Source: Tubiluchus corallicola (Eukaryota; Animalia; Priapulida). Taken from it: a DNA stretch of 64,000 bases. The notes under the pieces are model-generated. The model was given only the letters and a program-made list of their open reading frames with translations, made no database searches and was not told the origin of the DNA. The stretch is taken from positions 186,001-250,000 of the forward strand of contig JAQGDQ010000259.1 of the NCBI GenBank assembly GCA_030141605.1, given 5' to 3'. Of this stretch, positions 17,763 through 32,400 are shown in pieces; within the stretch, counting starts at the first letter, position 1; every line of letters starts with the position of its first letter. The position numbers were made by a program, and so were the translations under genes.

Positions 17763-18525
17763 TTTGGAAAATGGCACAGGAACGTATTTCTCTTCACATT
17801 CAACTATCTCCGCGCAAAATTCTGGTACAATATTGATCAGCTGTAACATCACGTGCCTTTAAATGCGCGCGTGCTTAGCTGCTTGCTCAATGTTTACGGA
17901 AGTGACATCATTTCTTGTACAGCAAACAAAATCGTCTGCTATGGGTCCAGTCAACGATTTTAGTTTTTTACAACCACGGTATGATAAATAACAAGCGAAG
18001 TAGTTTCATTTTAGCTGTTCCGTGGTTACCACGGATCACAACATATTTTTTAAGCTGATATGAGTGAGTCAAATACGCAGACGCGGTAAACCACGCGACT
18101 CTGTCCTGTCAATGCCATCTGCAAAGAACCTTTATCTCTACATTTTCAGATAATCTGTGACGTCTATAAGACGTTTCTTTCGTTTACCTGAAGGCTGAAA
18201 CACGCTGGGCGTATGTACAATTTTAACACTCTGTAATTTTAGCAACGCTCGTGCCTTCTACTGCAACATTAAAGTTATTTTATAGCAAAAATTCAATTTT
18301 TAACTAAGATTATCATGGTTAGCCGTACCGTGCCGTTTTACCGTATGGCTACGTTGCCCCATCTATCGGCGATAGCAAGCGAAAAAGTTAGTAATTGGTA
18401 TAATTAGCAGATGGCAGCACTTAAAACTGACGTGCTAATAGAGTAATGGCGAGCGAAATAACGTCTTAACGTTTATTCGTTAAATATTTACCTTTAGCTT
18501 TCTTATAAAAAGCGGAATAAGAACA
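17763..18525. promoter_or_regulatory. Head-to-head (bidirectional) promoter region between FBXO25/32 and SEC11
   Basis: The divergent ATGs (17762 minus, 18526 plus) are 763 bp apart. The region is CpG-richer than its flanks. It holds CACGTG (~17849), TGTTTAC (~17892), CGGAAGT, and two CTCF-like motifs (18354-18370 minus, 18405-18420 plus). Confidence 0.7.
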
Positions 18526-21500
18526 ATGAATTTAGACGCTTTGGACGACGTGAAGCGCATGAATAAGCGGCAGGTAATGCGGTCTCTAAAACATGAATTG
18601 TTATATATTCAGTATTGTCTTGAAATTGAAAGCATGACTAAATAACGTTACTAATACTCTGCTCACTTTCTCTTAAGTGTGCTATGCATAAAGTTAATGT
18701 CTAGACACTTGTAAAAATACAAAGAGGACAACACACGTGATTAAATTTGATCACCATTTTCCCCTTAATTTCTGGGCATCTTGAAATTAACTGATTGGTG
18801 GCATTCGTTTTTTCAGTCGTACCTGTGGATTGTAGTTAGTGTTTCTATTGGGTGCCCGACTAATATACCATACATTATTACCTGAGCCTGATTCCAACAA
18901 TGAAAATGCACACATTGTTATTAATAGGACATCCGTTACTTAGCACAGAAATAACTAGTAGCAAACATGTCTTTGAGATTGAGAAGCGGGTACAAAGACC
19001 TTTCCCAAAAATACCTTTTTAATTTCTGAGGTGAATTTATGCAATGACCTACTAAAACACGTAATATGTGCTGAAAATGGTGATGAATTCAAACGGATAA
19101 CTTTTTTAGCATTAAATATCTCGTTGCAACCTCACTGGTTGAATCACGAGAAATAACAACACTTCAGAGATGTATTTTTGACTAATGCAACAGAAAGTAA
19201 CAAAAGTATTGGTAGGGTGTATAATGGGCAAATTGACGAGATTGAGAAAGTGCTTCATTTGTTAAAACCTAGATTTGTATTACCTAGTTACATTTAATTT
19301 TGTGTTTTTTTAATTAATGTCGTTTTATTTGCAGCTTGTTTACCAAGTGCTGAACTTTGGCATGATAGTGTCATCAGCTTTAATGATCTGGAAAGGACTG
19401 ATGGTCGTTACAGGGAGTGAAAGCCCAATTGTTGTGGTATTAAGGTATGAGTTACTGTGCATATTTTCTAAACTTAGTGGCGAGGTTCATGGCTCACGCT
19501 TTTTATATGAATGACATGTTTTGGGTGCGATACTCCCTGTGGGCAGTATTATTCATAAATCTTAACCGTCTACTTCATGCAGGGAGGATGTATGTACATG
19601 ATAATGTGGCTGAGACACCTGTGTTGGTTAAGTGGCTCATCTTACAGAGCAGCTGTCATTGGTAATGAGTTCTAGTCATGCCACGCCATATCTTCAAATG
19701 CTAAGTTGCAGCTTGCAGTCTGTCAAAGTGTATAAGAAAACTGATCATACGATACAATGATCATGCTTATAAACTTAGTGATTTTTATGATGCTACACAA
19801 TATAACTGCTATACAAAAATAAGTCTTAAATAACGTAAAACTATTTCAATCGTTTAGATGTGAATCATTTTAAATAGGAATCACTATTGTACTAGACATT
19901 TTGAGGATCATTTGCAGTTGTGTCATTATTTTTTATTTCCTGTTATAGTGGCAGCATGGAACCTGCATTTTATAGAGGTGATCTGCTGTTTCTTACAAAC
20001 TACAAAGAAGATCCTGTTCGGGTTGGAGAAATAGTCGTATTCAAAGTTGAAGGAAGAGACATTCCGATTGTGCACAGGGTCCTAAAATTACACGAAAAGT
20101 AGGTGTCGAAGGGAAGGTCACTTTCTCTGCTTGCAAATATTGAATTCCGTAATTATATAGAAAAGAGGAAACTTGTGACGTCATGACAAGCAAAGCAGAA
20201 GACAAATGTTCGGAAATTTGATATACTGGATGATCCTGCATTTTGTAAATTTTACATGTTAAGAAATAATCTTTGAACGATGGAGCAACAGTGTCACACA
20301 CAAATATTCACAATTTTTTCAATGCAACTCAGGGGATCACAAGTGAGAATCTGTTACTCGGCAAGTATGTTGAATGGTGTGGTGAGACCGGTATGTAGTA
20401 CATAATCAAGGAAATCCTATAACACAAGACTCTGATTTGGAGAAGTATTTTGGCCATATTCACATGTACACATACTTGGAGGCATAAGCAGTTGTCCAGG
20501 CAGCCATCCATCCTTTTACTAACTAGTCTTAGTGTTGCTTAACTATTCTTATGTGGCCATTATTATATGAGTTATTACCTACAATCATTATGCTATTTAT
20601 GTAATAATGTAGGATACCCAACATTTTAAGTAACACAAAATGTGAATGTCATTAGCCTAAACTGGCATTTATCTAGCACCCAGATATGCACTACGAGGCG
20701 GAATAGATAAACGCCAATTAAGGCGAGACAATGGTAAATTTATTGGCCGGTTAATGAAGGTTAGTCATGCCTGTAGTGCCTTACCTTTTTCTGCTTTTTT
20801 ACATCAGAAAATGACAAATTCCTGTTTGATTGTAGAGAAGATGGCACAGTTAAATTTCTCACTAAAGGAGACAACAATGCAGTGGATGATCGGGGTCTGT
20901 ATGCTCCAGGACAGCTGTGGTTAGAAAAGAAAGATGTGGTGGGTCGAGCTCGAGGCTTTGTTCCATATGTAGGCATTGTTACTATTCTAATGAATGATTA
21001 TCCAAAATTTAAGGTAAGTGTCTTTATCAAATTTGTTCGTACCACATGTTAATGCTTATAAATACATTAAACATTATAATAATTATGAAGATGAGGTTTT
21101 GAGTAGATTTTGACGTGTCTGCTATAATCTCTATTTATAATTATTCATATGTAGCTTGTTTTATATGTTTTTAAAATTTTTAATGTTTAATGTAAGCATG
21201 CTGGCTGCTAGGTATACAAGTATACTTACACATACTACACATGAATGAATATGTATAAAATTTACAGCAGACAAGCATGTATTGTTTGTCATTGCACAGT
21301 TATAGCATTTTAGCAAGTCTGAAAAATTTTGTTGATCTTGTCTGAAAATGATATAACTGTATGAAAGCTTTGTAGAACATGTACAATCCTGAGTCCATAG
21401 TAAATTAGCATCGTAGGTTTTGACGTACATTTCTTTGTTTTCGATGCAACATTTGAACAGATTTTTTTGCAAAACTGAGATACTAAATATTTTAATTACG

Positions 21501-21825
21501 TCTTCTAAAAAAATAGATAATGGTTGTGAAATTAAACATGATTCAGTCAACAGGTACCTTAAAAAAGTAACGTAACAATATACCTTTAAATATACAAAGT
21601 ACTAAGAATAAAATGTAGTTTCTGGCTGCATTCATTCTATATGCACCATCAGTAGTAACTGGAATTTTCTTTTTAGTACTTTTTTGCATTAAAAGAAGAT
21701 GTCTCATTAGATTAGCATCCGTCTACTTTTGACGTACATAATTAACCTATTAATGTTTTCTATTTGTGTTTCAGTATGCGGTACTAGTATGTTTAGGTGT
21801 ATTTGTATTGATACATAGAGAATGA
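18526..21825 (+). CDS. SEC11: Signal peptidase complex catalytic subunit SEC11 (SEC11A/C co-orthologue), 178 aa, 5 exons
   Basis: Exons 18526-18573, 19335-19444, 19949-20098, 20836-21013, 21775-21825, total 537 nt in frame. [57 protein letters not shown]...IPIVHRV...[16 protein letters not shown]...VLIHRE*. Catalytic Ser, His and Asp motifs are present. Confidence 0.97.
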
Positions 21826-23914
21826 GGACTCGAATGCCAACAAGTATTTTCTACCATTTTTCAACTTCAGTAAGTTGCTGTTGACTCACAAATATTATTA
21901 AAGTTTCGCTGTGTTTCTTTTTTCTTACTGCTGTATAAGAGGGCAGTATAAATGGCATATCATTTTCAGTCAGTTCCAGATAGAGTGCTAAAACACGAAG
22001 AAAGTTTTTGTTTCAGGTTTTTATAACAGATACTGTTCTCACATTTTCTCTCCCAAATAAATCTAGTTGAATATGTAGCAATTAATTAATCTAAATAATT
22101 GCTTTTACGAAACTATTAACATTGAATTTGTTCTGCTTTGATTGCTTGTATGAAAAATCCCAAGACCATTCAACTTTGTAACAGCATTTTGGGAAGCTTC
22201 GAGTTAGCTTTTTCGAAACAAATTATATTTTTATAAAGTTATTACGCACAGTGAGTTTATAATATAAAAATTGTGGACAATTGACTGCGGCATTGTTACT
22301 GTGTATCTAAGAAATGAATATCTTTATTAGTGATGTATTTTTTATTTAAATTTTGCCATGACAAGTTTTTTGTAAAGCTTAAAAGAAACCCAGAAAATGA
22401 TCTGAGACCCTTCAGTAGCTTAATTCTATCCCATAACTTTCAGGTTGTTAAAGGGTTCTATGGAAACGTTTATAACAATAGTCCTTTGGAAAAATTTCAA
22501 CACTCAGAAGTCTTAGTTTCAGAATAAACCAAAAGATCTGTGTTGTAGATTGTTATACAATGAAACCTATAACAATTTAGCTGACAGTCGGGTTGTTGTA
22601 ATGTTCATCGTATCATTGACATTTTCTTTTATTGTGATAATCATAACATCATAGTACAAAAAACCTTTAGGTTCTAGAATCTCGGTGCAGTTAAATTAAG
22701 TTTGCATAAAATATGCACAGATTTCACTTGTTAACAAGTCGTTTGTCTTGGAATGTTTGTGGTGTGGGTGGTATTTGTTGTTCAACTATGATAATAATTG
22801 TATTCTTGCAATTTTTGTACAAGTGTAAAAGTAAAATAACAATTCGGGTTTTAAATGTAGACTATCTTCGGTGTTTGTATGTCAAAATTATAAATGCAAA
22901 AAAAAACAATAGAGAATACTAACTCAAAATATTCGCTTACTTTTGTCAATAAATTTTTAATAAACACGTAATGACATTGACTCTGCACCATAAATAATAA
23001 TTACTCTGAAAATCACGATATACATTAAAAGTTAGCAAAAACCTAATATTTTGATGTGTCTCGCAATATCGTAATATACAGAGCCGACTAATGTTACATG
23101 TATAGACATTTACAGTGACATGCAAGCCATATTTACTATGCCCAGTTTTCTTGAGAAATGTATGCAGTTTGGTAGCATATAAATAAATACAAACAAGCAT
23201 TAAATGTATTTACCAAATTTGCAATAACAACTGCAGCACGTCTGACAATTTGGAAACAATTACTGAAATGGTAATTTTTTCCATTGATATGCATTTTAAC
23301 AGCAAAGAAAGTTAAATCAGATTATATAAAGTAATTTATCATAGCTGAGATCTGGTCAAAAATCTTGGTATAGCAAGATTTGCGAGAAGCTTCTTTTTTA
23401 GTATAAATTTTAGGATTTTTTCAAATCTGCTTTAATAATTTTTTGAATTCAAAATTATGATTCATTACACTATCTATTTTTTCTAGACGCCCCAATTTGT
23501 TTCACAAATTTGTGCAAATTGACAGAAGTAAAAGTAGTAGCAATCTTCGTTACTCCAGAAAATGAAAATAACAGTAATCACAGCCTGCAAGCATGATACA
23601 AATGACAGATCACTTACTCAATAATAGCAATTGCTCAATAATTTTGTGAAATTATCATTAACAACATGTCAACTATTTCATCATACTTTACTCCACACTA
23701 TCAGAGCACAAAAAAGAAAACAATGTATGTTACAAGGTAGACTTAAAGGTAGAAATCTATGTGCGCGTAATGCGTATTTCCATGTGTCCGTGAATGGTAC
23801 ACGTATTAGCAAAGCCACAGCACTCTTCACGCCATTTTTGGTTGCTGTTCTTAAAAAGTATAAGTAATAATTTTTGGAAATCATGTCTCCATCAAAATTT
23901 CAGCATTAAGAATT

Positions 23915-24159
23915 ACAGCGGCAGCATTAAGATTAGCCCATCATTGTACTATTAGACAAAAAAACTCAAGAGAAAGCACAGGTTTTTGGGTGCACAACAT
24001 TTTGCAGGGGACAGAGCAATGTGGCACGTACTAATTTGGCGATGATACATGCTACATTGCTCTCTTACTTGCAAAATATTGTGCACCCAAAATCAGTGCT
24101 TTCTTTTGAATTTTTTTGTCTAATGGTACAATCATAGGCTATATTAATACTGCCGCTGT
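23915..24159. mobile_element. Palindromic (fold-back) MITE, ~245 bp
   Basis: Left arm ACAGCGGCAGCATTAA...ATTAGACAAAAAAA...TTTTGGGTGCACAACATTTTGCAG...AGAGCAATGTGGCACGTA pairs with right arm TACATGCTACATTGCTCT...TTGCAAAATATTGTGCACCCAAAA...TTTTTTTGTCTAAT...TTAATACTGCCGCTGT. Confidence 0.85.
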
Positions 24160-24379
24160 TTAGTGATAGAACTGCAATTAGATGCAAAGCAACGTAAATA
24201 TAGGCATCTTCCACCTCTCTAAAACTCAAATGGAAGAAATATTATTGTGTGTCGGTCCTGATCAAAGTGACCAAAAGTTGCCTGACCACGAAACTGATCA
24301 GTGAAATTGGTTATGATTTGGTATGGCAGGCAATGGCAGTTTCCTGCCTGTGTATTGTTGCGTGATGCAAATTTGGGCA

Positions 24380-25000
24380 ATAGCAAACACATTTAAATGA
24401 ACACGGATGATACATTATGGATTGTGCAATACATATACATGGGAACACTTCCACGTGTTTAAATTCAAACTGTAGTAACGCACGACGGATCCCACATTAC
24501 TGCCTTTACACATTTTTTATATTTGCCACCTTAGTTCATTAATGTGCACTGCTACTAAGGTAAATAAAATCCCTTAAACAGGAACTGTATGATGTTTTCC
24601 AATAAACAGGCCTATGGCAAAAATACAGTTACTAAAGGATGTTACATAAGCTGTCGCTAAAGGATTAGCACCAAAATAAATTCTACTGCCACCCATTCAG
24701 TGAAATTCAAGTATTTTATTAACCCTGATTGTATACCAAGCTACATGTTGCAATATTCCACTGATCAAATGCTCAGAATTGCCTGTAGGTGGAGCAAGCT
24801 GACTAAAGGAAATTTTTTACTCAGAACTGACAATGGTCAAATGCCTGTGGTGTTCAGCATCATGGATATTCACAGCATCAATAAAAATTCACAATAATGC
24901 AAAGAATAAAAAGATGAAAAATGCATGGCAGCAAAAAAGCTGTTTCAAAATCAGCCAAAGCGTAATATATCCAAATTCCCAAATCAACTGTGAAAATTTG
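24380..25000 (+). pseudogene. Possible highly decayed piggyBac-like transposase fragment
   Basis: PVVFSIMDIHSIN (~24845-24885) resembles the piggyBac WP(M)xxF..DIxxIN motif, with weaker upstream fragments in the expected order. Many stops and frameshifts. Confidence 0.3.
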
Positions 25001-26425
25001 CCATACGAGTCCTGGAAATGCAGCAAAACAAAAGCTTCAGAATGAGATACTGCAAGAACAAACCAAAATGTGACGAACCCACACCATCCAAGTGAAGGTA
25101 ACATGCTATACCAGCTGCAGCTGCTGGGTGACAGAAAATTGGGTGTGATAATCAGAACCAAAGGAAGTATGGTATTTTATGCAGCATGCTGTATAACCGA
25201 CCTCTAAGCAGATTCACTAGATCCTGACTCAAAACATCGAGACAGTATCCCACACAAGGGCCCAGCAGCTTGCTCTGATGGTTCCACTTGCAGTTTATCT
25301 GTACAAACAATGAGAAATTGACAATGATACTTCTTTTGGTAGTCAGCTCTAACAACGGCAGTAGAGATTAGTCTTCATGAATCTGAATTTTCCTGTATTC
25401 AAGAGTTTGTTGACCTTACAGATCACAACAGCTTTACTAATTTATATGGGCTACTAATATATTATTGGTATATGTATGAGTGAAACGAGCATTACTTAAG
25501 CGAAGTTACACTCGAAAATAATACAATCCAATAATAAACTTTTTTCAACCATTCTAACGTTGTTGTTAGAGCAATATTTTGGCACCAGCAAAAAATAAAG
25601 AATTACAGACTAACTGCACTAAATTGATAAATTGAAAGCGTTTCAAGCCCACTGTGTAACCACATTCGCCTTGGAGAATCTGTTGCGCGTATAAGCAGCT
25701 TAGCACTAGGCACGTTGTTGGTTGATAATGCATACAACAAGGTCAAGTTGAGGTCAAAATCAGTGATTAGAGAATGTAACATAATACAGTACCTCAACAA
25801 CAATATGCATATAATCATTTACTTCTGTTTTGCTCATTTAAAATTTTTTTAATCAAGTGCTTTTTTTAATCACGTACAGTAACTATATAGAATGGTAAAT
25901 GTTCAAAACGGGATTAAAGTTAATTTAGTGACATTGTCTACTGCTAAGAATGGTGATACATATACAAAAAGAGATTTAACATAAACATCTTATGCAGTAT
26001 ATGTTGTACTTTTAGAACGTTTTTGCAAAACTTAATATTATGTATTATACAAACGAATCTACGATTACATTTTTGACACAGCAAAATCAGAAATATAGTT
26101 GGAAAACCAAAGAAACAAAAATGTTAATTACAAATATTTTAAACTATCTTATCTTGTAGTAGTAGTAGTAGTAGTAGCAGCAGCAGCAGTTGTACCATTT
26201 ATTGTTAGCTACATATTTGTAATACTATGTTAATCAGCTTGAAAAACTGCATGCTTTGGCAATGAATGTAAATAGTTATTTGACAAACGGCAAGCCCAAA
26301 GTCATACAAACCACGCACAACATTAACGAATAAATAAACATTAACAACAGTTTATAATTATAATTTTAATAGAACACCTGTATGAAAAAATAAATGACTA
26401 TTTTATGTGGAAATATATAATAAAG

Positions 26426-29400
26426 CTAGCAGCTGCATTTGGATACAGTGGTCTCGCCTGTAGCTGCCTCGGTCATATATACATTGTTATTCTTGCGTCC
26501 CAGCGGGAAGTTACCTTTGTCAAGACTGCGTTCCATTCTGGCCATAACCAAATCCAGAAGCGTTTCGATTGCTTTAGACACATTCTGTCCAGTCGCTGCA
26601 CTCGTCTCCAAATAAGGCAGACTGCTCAAAATAAAAACAATGGCGTTAATTAAAACCAAGAACTTTTCTAAATTGGACAGTTTTTCTAAACAGTCAGATC
26701 ATGGTTCTTGAGCTCTGCATTAAATTCTGTAATTTAAAGTTCTAAACGAAAGAGGTGATATGAAAGGAAGCTTCACATAAGAAGAGACTGTAGTTGCTTT
26801 TTATACTGGATTAATGTGACTTGCTGTTGCACACCACAAGCTGTTAGAATGTGCCACCACATCCCACAATGCACCACAACTAGTAAAAGTCTCAGTTACA
26901 AATGCTGTAATAAATGCAGCACAAAAATTGATAAATAAAAGCATGAAACTGTGGCATTTTCTCATTTTTCAACAAAATATGTTGCAACGTAATGTAACTT
27001 TTAATTTAATTCATCATTTTATTTTAATAGTGAAATGGAGCAACAAAACCATTAAACTCGTAATACAATTGTTATAATTATTTAACTTACAGTTCCATAT
27101 AAATTAATTATGCAAAATGATACCATATTTTACTAGCTTATAATCGCTGCCTAATAACCATGACATTTTAGAAATACTGCTAAATCAAGGTCATATTTTT
27201 AATTAAGGTAAGTTATCCTTTTAAAGACTTCCAAACGTAAGCTGACACGTTACAAAAACTGATAAAAGACTGAATTATGTTTGCAGTTCTACCCATATTT
27301 CTCTGCAAACTCCTTTGCTTTCTCTTCTGGCACTTGTCTTAGGTCTTCAAGGTCACATTTGTTGCCACACAGCACCACATCAGGGTTATCACAGTAGGCG
27401 TGGGTCCGAAGCTGATCCAGCCAATTCCGAATGTTCAGCAAAGACTGCTCACTTGTCACATCGAACAAAAGCAGGAAGCCCATGGCATCGCGGAAGAAGG
27501 CAGTGGTTAGGCTGCGGAACCTATAATGGAGATTTTGATCATTTTAAGTATTGTTCAAATAAAAACACCTGCAGCTCAAAGACAATGTCAACGGTCCATG
27601 ACTACATGGCACTGTAATAAAACTATAAAGATTTGAATACATATGCAACCAGAGTACGCGGTGAAGTAGACTACAGACATTGTACACTTGTCTACCACAC
27701 CTCTTTCCAGTGCTGTAATTAAATGGTACACATCAGTAATTAATAATTGGACTACAAATAAGCTTGGAAGCACAATCAAGTACTAGTATCAAGCAATGGG
27801 TGGATCCTAACAAGAAGGCGGAATCCGTGCTTTGCTGATCTGAAAAAGCAATCGGAAATTAATGGCAGTACTGTGCCTGTACATGTCGAGACACGGATAC
27901 TCAATTTTACTGCTACAACAGCGGTCCTGAGTACATTCTTTCTAGATATAGAATAATACCCTTTCCTGATTAATACTTTTGGCTCTAATTCTGTATCATA
28001 GTTGTTATTTTTTGCGTTTAAGTTTCCTTGTTTTAACCAAAACATTTGAGATAATACACTACACATGTAATACAAATCTGCATTATGTTTCCACATGCCT
28101 ATTCTAGAAAAAAATGCTGAAGCACTGCAAGTCTACAACACTGTTAGCTAAGTTATATAGACTGTGGGACATGTTGCAATTTCTCCTCTCAGGGACAATA
28201 GTTGCTACTACTACTGTTTCCATTGGCATGAAATGCAATCAGATCTTCATCATCAGTTCCCGCTGACAGCAAATCGTTGCTTAATAGCACCTGGTTCAAT
28301 CGTTTGCCGATAATGTAAATGTGATAGAGCCTTTTAAATTGCTTCCTCCTCTTGACGGTGCAAGACACATGCAGCCTAACGTTGAATGTACGATATTTCT
28401 AATGAAATATCTACACGTGATCATGAAATAAGAGATTTATTCCCTGATTCAATTCACTGATGTTCGAGAATATAAAATTCAGTAAATAGCAGACGAATAA
28501 TGAAGATGATAATGGTACAGCAAAGAAATTGCACTATGATCAACCAGTGACGCCCACAATTAGCTTACGTGGGCATCGTTATCAGTTAACTCCTTGTAAG
28601 CCCGTATGCAGCGCTTGATGACAGAACTTGTGTACATACTGGATCATCAAGGATGACTGAAATGCGACATTCAGATATGAATGAAAAACCTTTTTCTGGA
28701 AGCCATCCATTGAGTCATTAGCGAGGCCCGACTGCTTCAATTCACAGCATACTACACACTGTGACCACTTAGTTGTGACCTACCCCAGGACCACACACAT
28801 TGTTTGCCACCCATCCAGTCATTAGCGACGTCTGACTGCTTCAGTTTGTAGATAACTATACACTGTGACCACTTAGTTGTTACACACCTCCAGGACCACA
28901 CACATTGTTTGTCACTCATCCAGTTACTAGCAAGGCCTGACTTCTCCAGTTCATAGATAATTACACACTGTGGCCACTTAATTGTTATCCACCCCAGGAC
29001 TACACACATTATTTGCCACCCATCCAGTTACTAGCGAGGCCTGACTGCTTCAGTTCGTAGATAACTACACACTGTTTCCACTTAGTTGTTAACCTCACTC
29101 GAGACGCACACAGCGTTTCCACTATAAAAACTAACAGCTCTGCTATTGATAACGAACAAGCCCAGTCTACTTTTTGAATATCAGCGGTTGTGACGTCATG
29201 GCTTTCCCACCATGTAATGTAATGTAATGCAATATTTTAGTTATTTCAGAATAAACTCCTAAGCCCAGGGCGCTTATTTCGTCGCACAGGAAAAACGAAA
29301 TAAGATGGGAGTGCTACAAAGGTGACATATCGACGGCCAAAGGAAAGCTCGCACAGAGTTGAACTTCTTAACTTAACGCTCTAAAATCTAGATTGCACAG

Positions 29401-32400
29401 CATAAAGTTAAAAATAACAGTATTATTACACAAAAGCAGGATAACTGGCTTTGCTTGCTTACACTAAATAACGGTTGTGCATCACGCAATAAAGACGAGT
29501 AACCTTGTACATTTGTCAAGAAAGTCCGAATTTTAGTATAAATTAAAATCACTTGTACCAGACTAAAATTTTATTGACAGGCATTTGGTCAGAGATTCAA
29601 GGATAATAATAGGAAACATTTTTACGAGACAACCTGTATATTTTAACATCAGCAGCTTTTGTGTTTGCAAAGCACACACTGCCTAGTGCATGTGCATTAG
29701 AAGAATCTACAGCAACTGATCTAGCAAGCGCGGCTATAAGGCTGAAAAACTACCACGTCTTACGACGTCATAAAAAGAAAATGTCCATCCTACAAATTAC
29801 GTGTTCTTCTGTGCGTACACCAACACGCTTTTGTGTTAAGTTTATAGTTGTAAATAAAGTTTTCTTATTTTTTAAATAATTTTTATTTACCGTTCTTGTC
29901 CAGCTGTGTCCCATAATTGCAAATGTATTCTTTGACTTCTACCTGAGAAACCGTCCACAGCCGTCGACTTGTGCACCTGCATTAAAGAAAAAGTTATAGT
30001 GAATGTCCACTTGTCTAGTAAATGATGCACATGTCATAAGTTAATGAATCCATTAAGTTTAGTTTAGAGGAAATTGGAAAGTAACCTGGATTTACGTAAG
30101 TGCAATTTAATTTAGTAGGACCGGGACAGATTAGAATCATTGCTCCGTAGAAGAGAAGAACATTTAGTTGTTTCAAAAAGTCATTTGTATAACTGCTGCC
30201 CTTGATTAAAAATGCGCCTGTTCGTCTGGCTGTAAAATGAATGAAGCTGTAATCACCAAATTTTTGCACAGGGAGTCTAAGTAAACCAAACCAAGTAACT
30301 GTGGGTCCAAAGGGTCAAAAGTCAAAGTCAGTAGGCCAAAAAATACCATAAAATCAAAATTGATAAAGGTGTTACTAGTGTTTTTGTCTGTCTGTATATA
30401 TGTCTGAAAGTAGAGAGAATGAAGTTATAATCACCAAATATTTGTAAAGGGAGTCTAAGCAAAGCAAACCCGTTAATTTCGAAAGATCAAATGTCAAGGC
30501 CAGAAGGTTAAAAAATACCAACATTAACATAAAATGGATGAAGGTGTAATCACTGAACTAGGGCACAGGAATAAGTTTGGGCAACACAATTGGTTTTAGG
30601 TCAAAAACTCACAAGGTCAAGGTCAAAACATCAAAAAAAGTCAAAATTAATTTTTGCCCATAGTGTCTTTATGTCCAGGTATGAGTCTGCAGACTGCACC
30701 TCTACTTTATTTCATCACGTTTGCAAGCGCTTCCTAGTGAGTAATTTATTTTCATTAGCGACATTACACAGTCATTTCCTCGGAGAAAACAGAGTAAGAA
30801 AATGAACCTAAGCCATAACGTAGTATAACGATTTTACAAGACAGATTTGCAGATTTCCCAGAAGTACGCGAACAGAAGGCGGCGTATAAAATTCACGTAA
30901 ATATAAACGAGCTCGTGAAAAGGGGTATTAAATAAGTAACACCAGAAAAACATCTACAATGCTAGCTTAACTTAGCTATCGATTTACTAAAAAAATGAAA
31001 AGTGTGTATTTCATTTCTGTAAACAAAAAAAAATTAATAGCAGTCGTGGTAATTTAAAGCCCACATCTACAGCGCATTAATATGCATGACGTCACAATAG
31101 CCGTGGCATACACCACCACCGTCATTACTTAAAACACCGTGATTAAAACAACTACTTTTGATTAATTGTACAGAACAATTTATTACATCAAAGTATTGCT
31201 GAATTAATAGAAAATCTGTCATGCTCTCAACGTTTTGCGTGGAAACTTCGGAAGGAATTTACAATTCCCTACACAATTAAATACCGTAATCCTAACCTTG
31301 GCACTAACCTTAACTTTATTCCTAACCATAATCCTAATCCGCTTCACGAACTAATTTCTTTAGTGTGGGGAACTGTAAACTTTAGCTAAAAAAAGAAACC
31401 TCGTACGTATACGGCTAGGCCAGCCTGCGATCTTGAGGGCTATGATCACAGCAATGACTTAAAAACTGTGGAAATTATTTTTTTCGGTCAAACTGAACGG
31501 TCAGCATATTCATCGGACCTCAACCCCTTCCCCCCCAACACAACACATTCACCATCCACCCAACACATTGGTGATTGCAGCTACCATGAAAAGCAGGAGT
31601 GAAGCTAACTTGATAAAAAAAACATGCAACTGATCGGTACAAACTTCAAAGAAACAACTTGTGATACACAAGTGCAAGATGAACTGGAGGATCTTTAGTT
31701 GTTGAATACATGCTCTACTGATAAAAAAGAACATGCTCTGGTCGCTATTCAAATTGATTAAGCTGTGACGCATCTCCAAGATCGGGCAAGATGCAATGGA
31801 GGAATTTTAGTTCTTTGAGTTACTACTCTACCGATACCCCTCAAGATTGCAGGCTGTGCAAGACTTCCACACTAAATTTTCAGACCCCATGGTAGGTTTT
31901 GTATTCTTTTATCAATTCTTTGACGTAATAAATGGCTTTGCAGTGTTACTCGTCGTTTTTGCCCTCAGCAAATGGTTATGTGCCACCCTGTATTTATAAA
32001 ACTACTAATAACTTTCTTTTTATTTCGCGCTTGCAAGTAAAATCAACAGTTTCGAAGTCCCTGGATTTCAGGTTTTGAATATCACCTGTTATAAAAGCTG
32101 AAGCGTTTAGTTTATAATTTACCCTAGCAAGGTTATCTTGCGGGCACGGCTGCTTAGCATCATGTTAACACCTCATAAGATTTAAAATTCAGAACATTTT
32201 AGCACGATAGCAGAGCTGGGAGAGAAAAAGAGAATAAAAGAAAGACAGCGGAAGAGAAAAAGAATGAGAGAGACTGGAGAGTAGTCAGTAAGAGAAACAG
32301 GATAATCAACAGCAAGAAATGGAAGAACAGACAAAAAAGAAAGAGAGGCAGTGTGCGTATGTGTGAAGAGACGAAAAGAGAACGAAAGCGTGCAAATTAT

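Noticed and set aside
28752-29009. Trp/Cys-rich repetitive ORF
   Set aside because: Translation of the 105-bp minisatellite.
31290-31345. Interstitial telomere
   Set aside because: Only a few degenerate CCTAAC units inside an inverted-repeat element.
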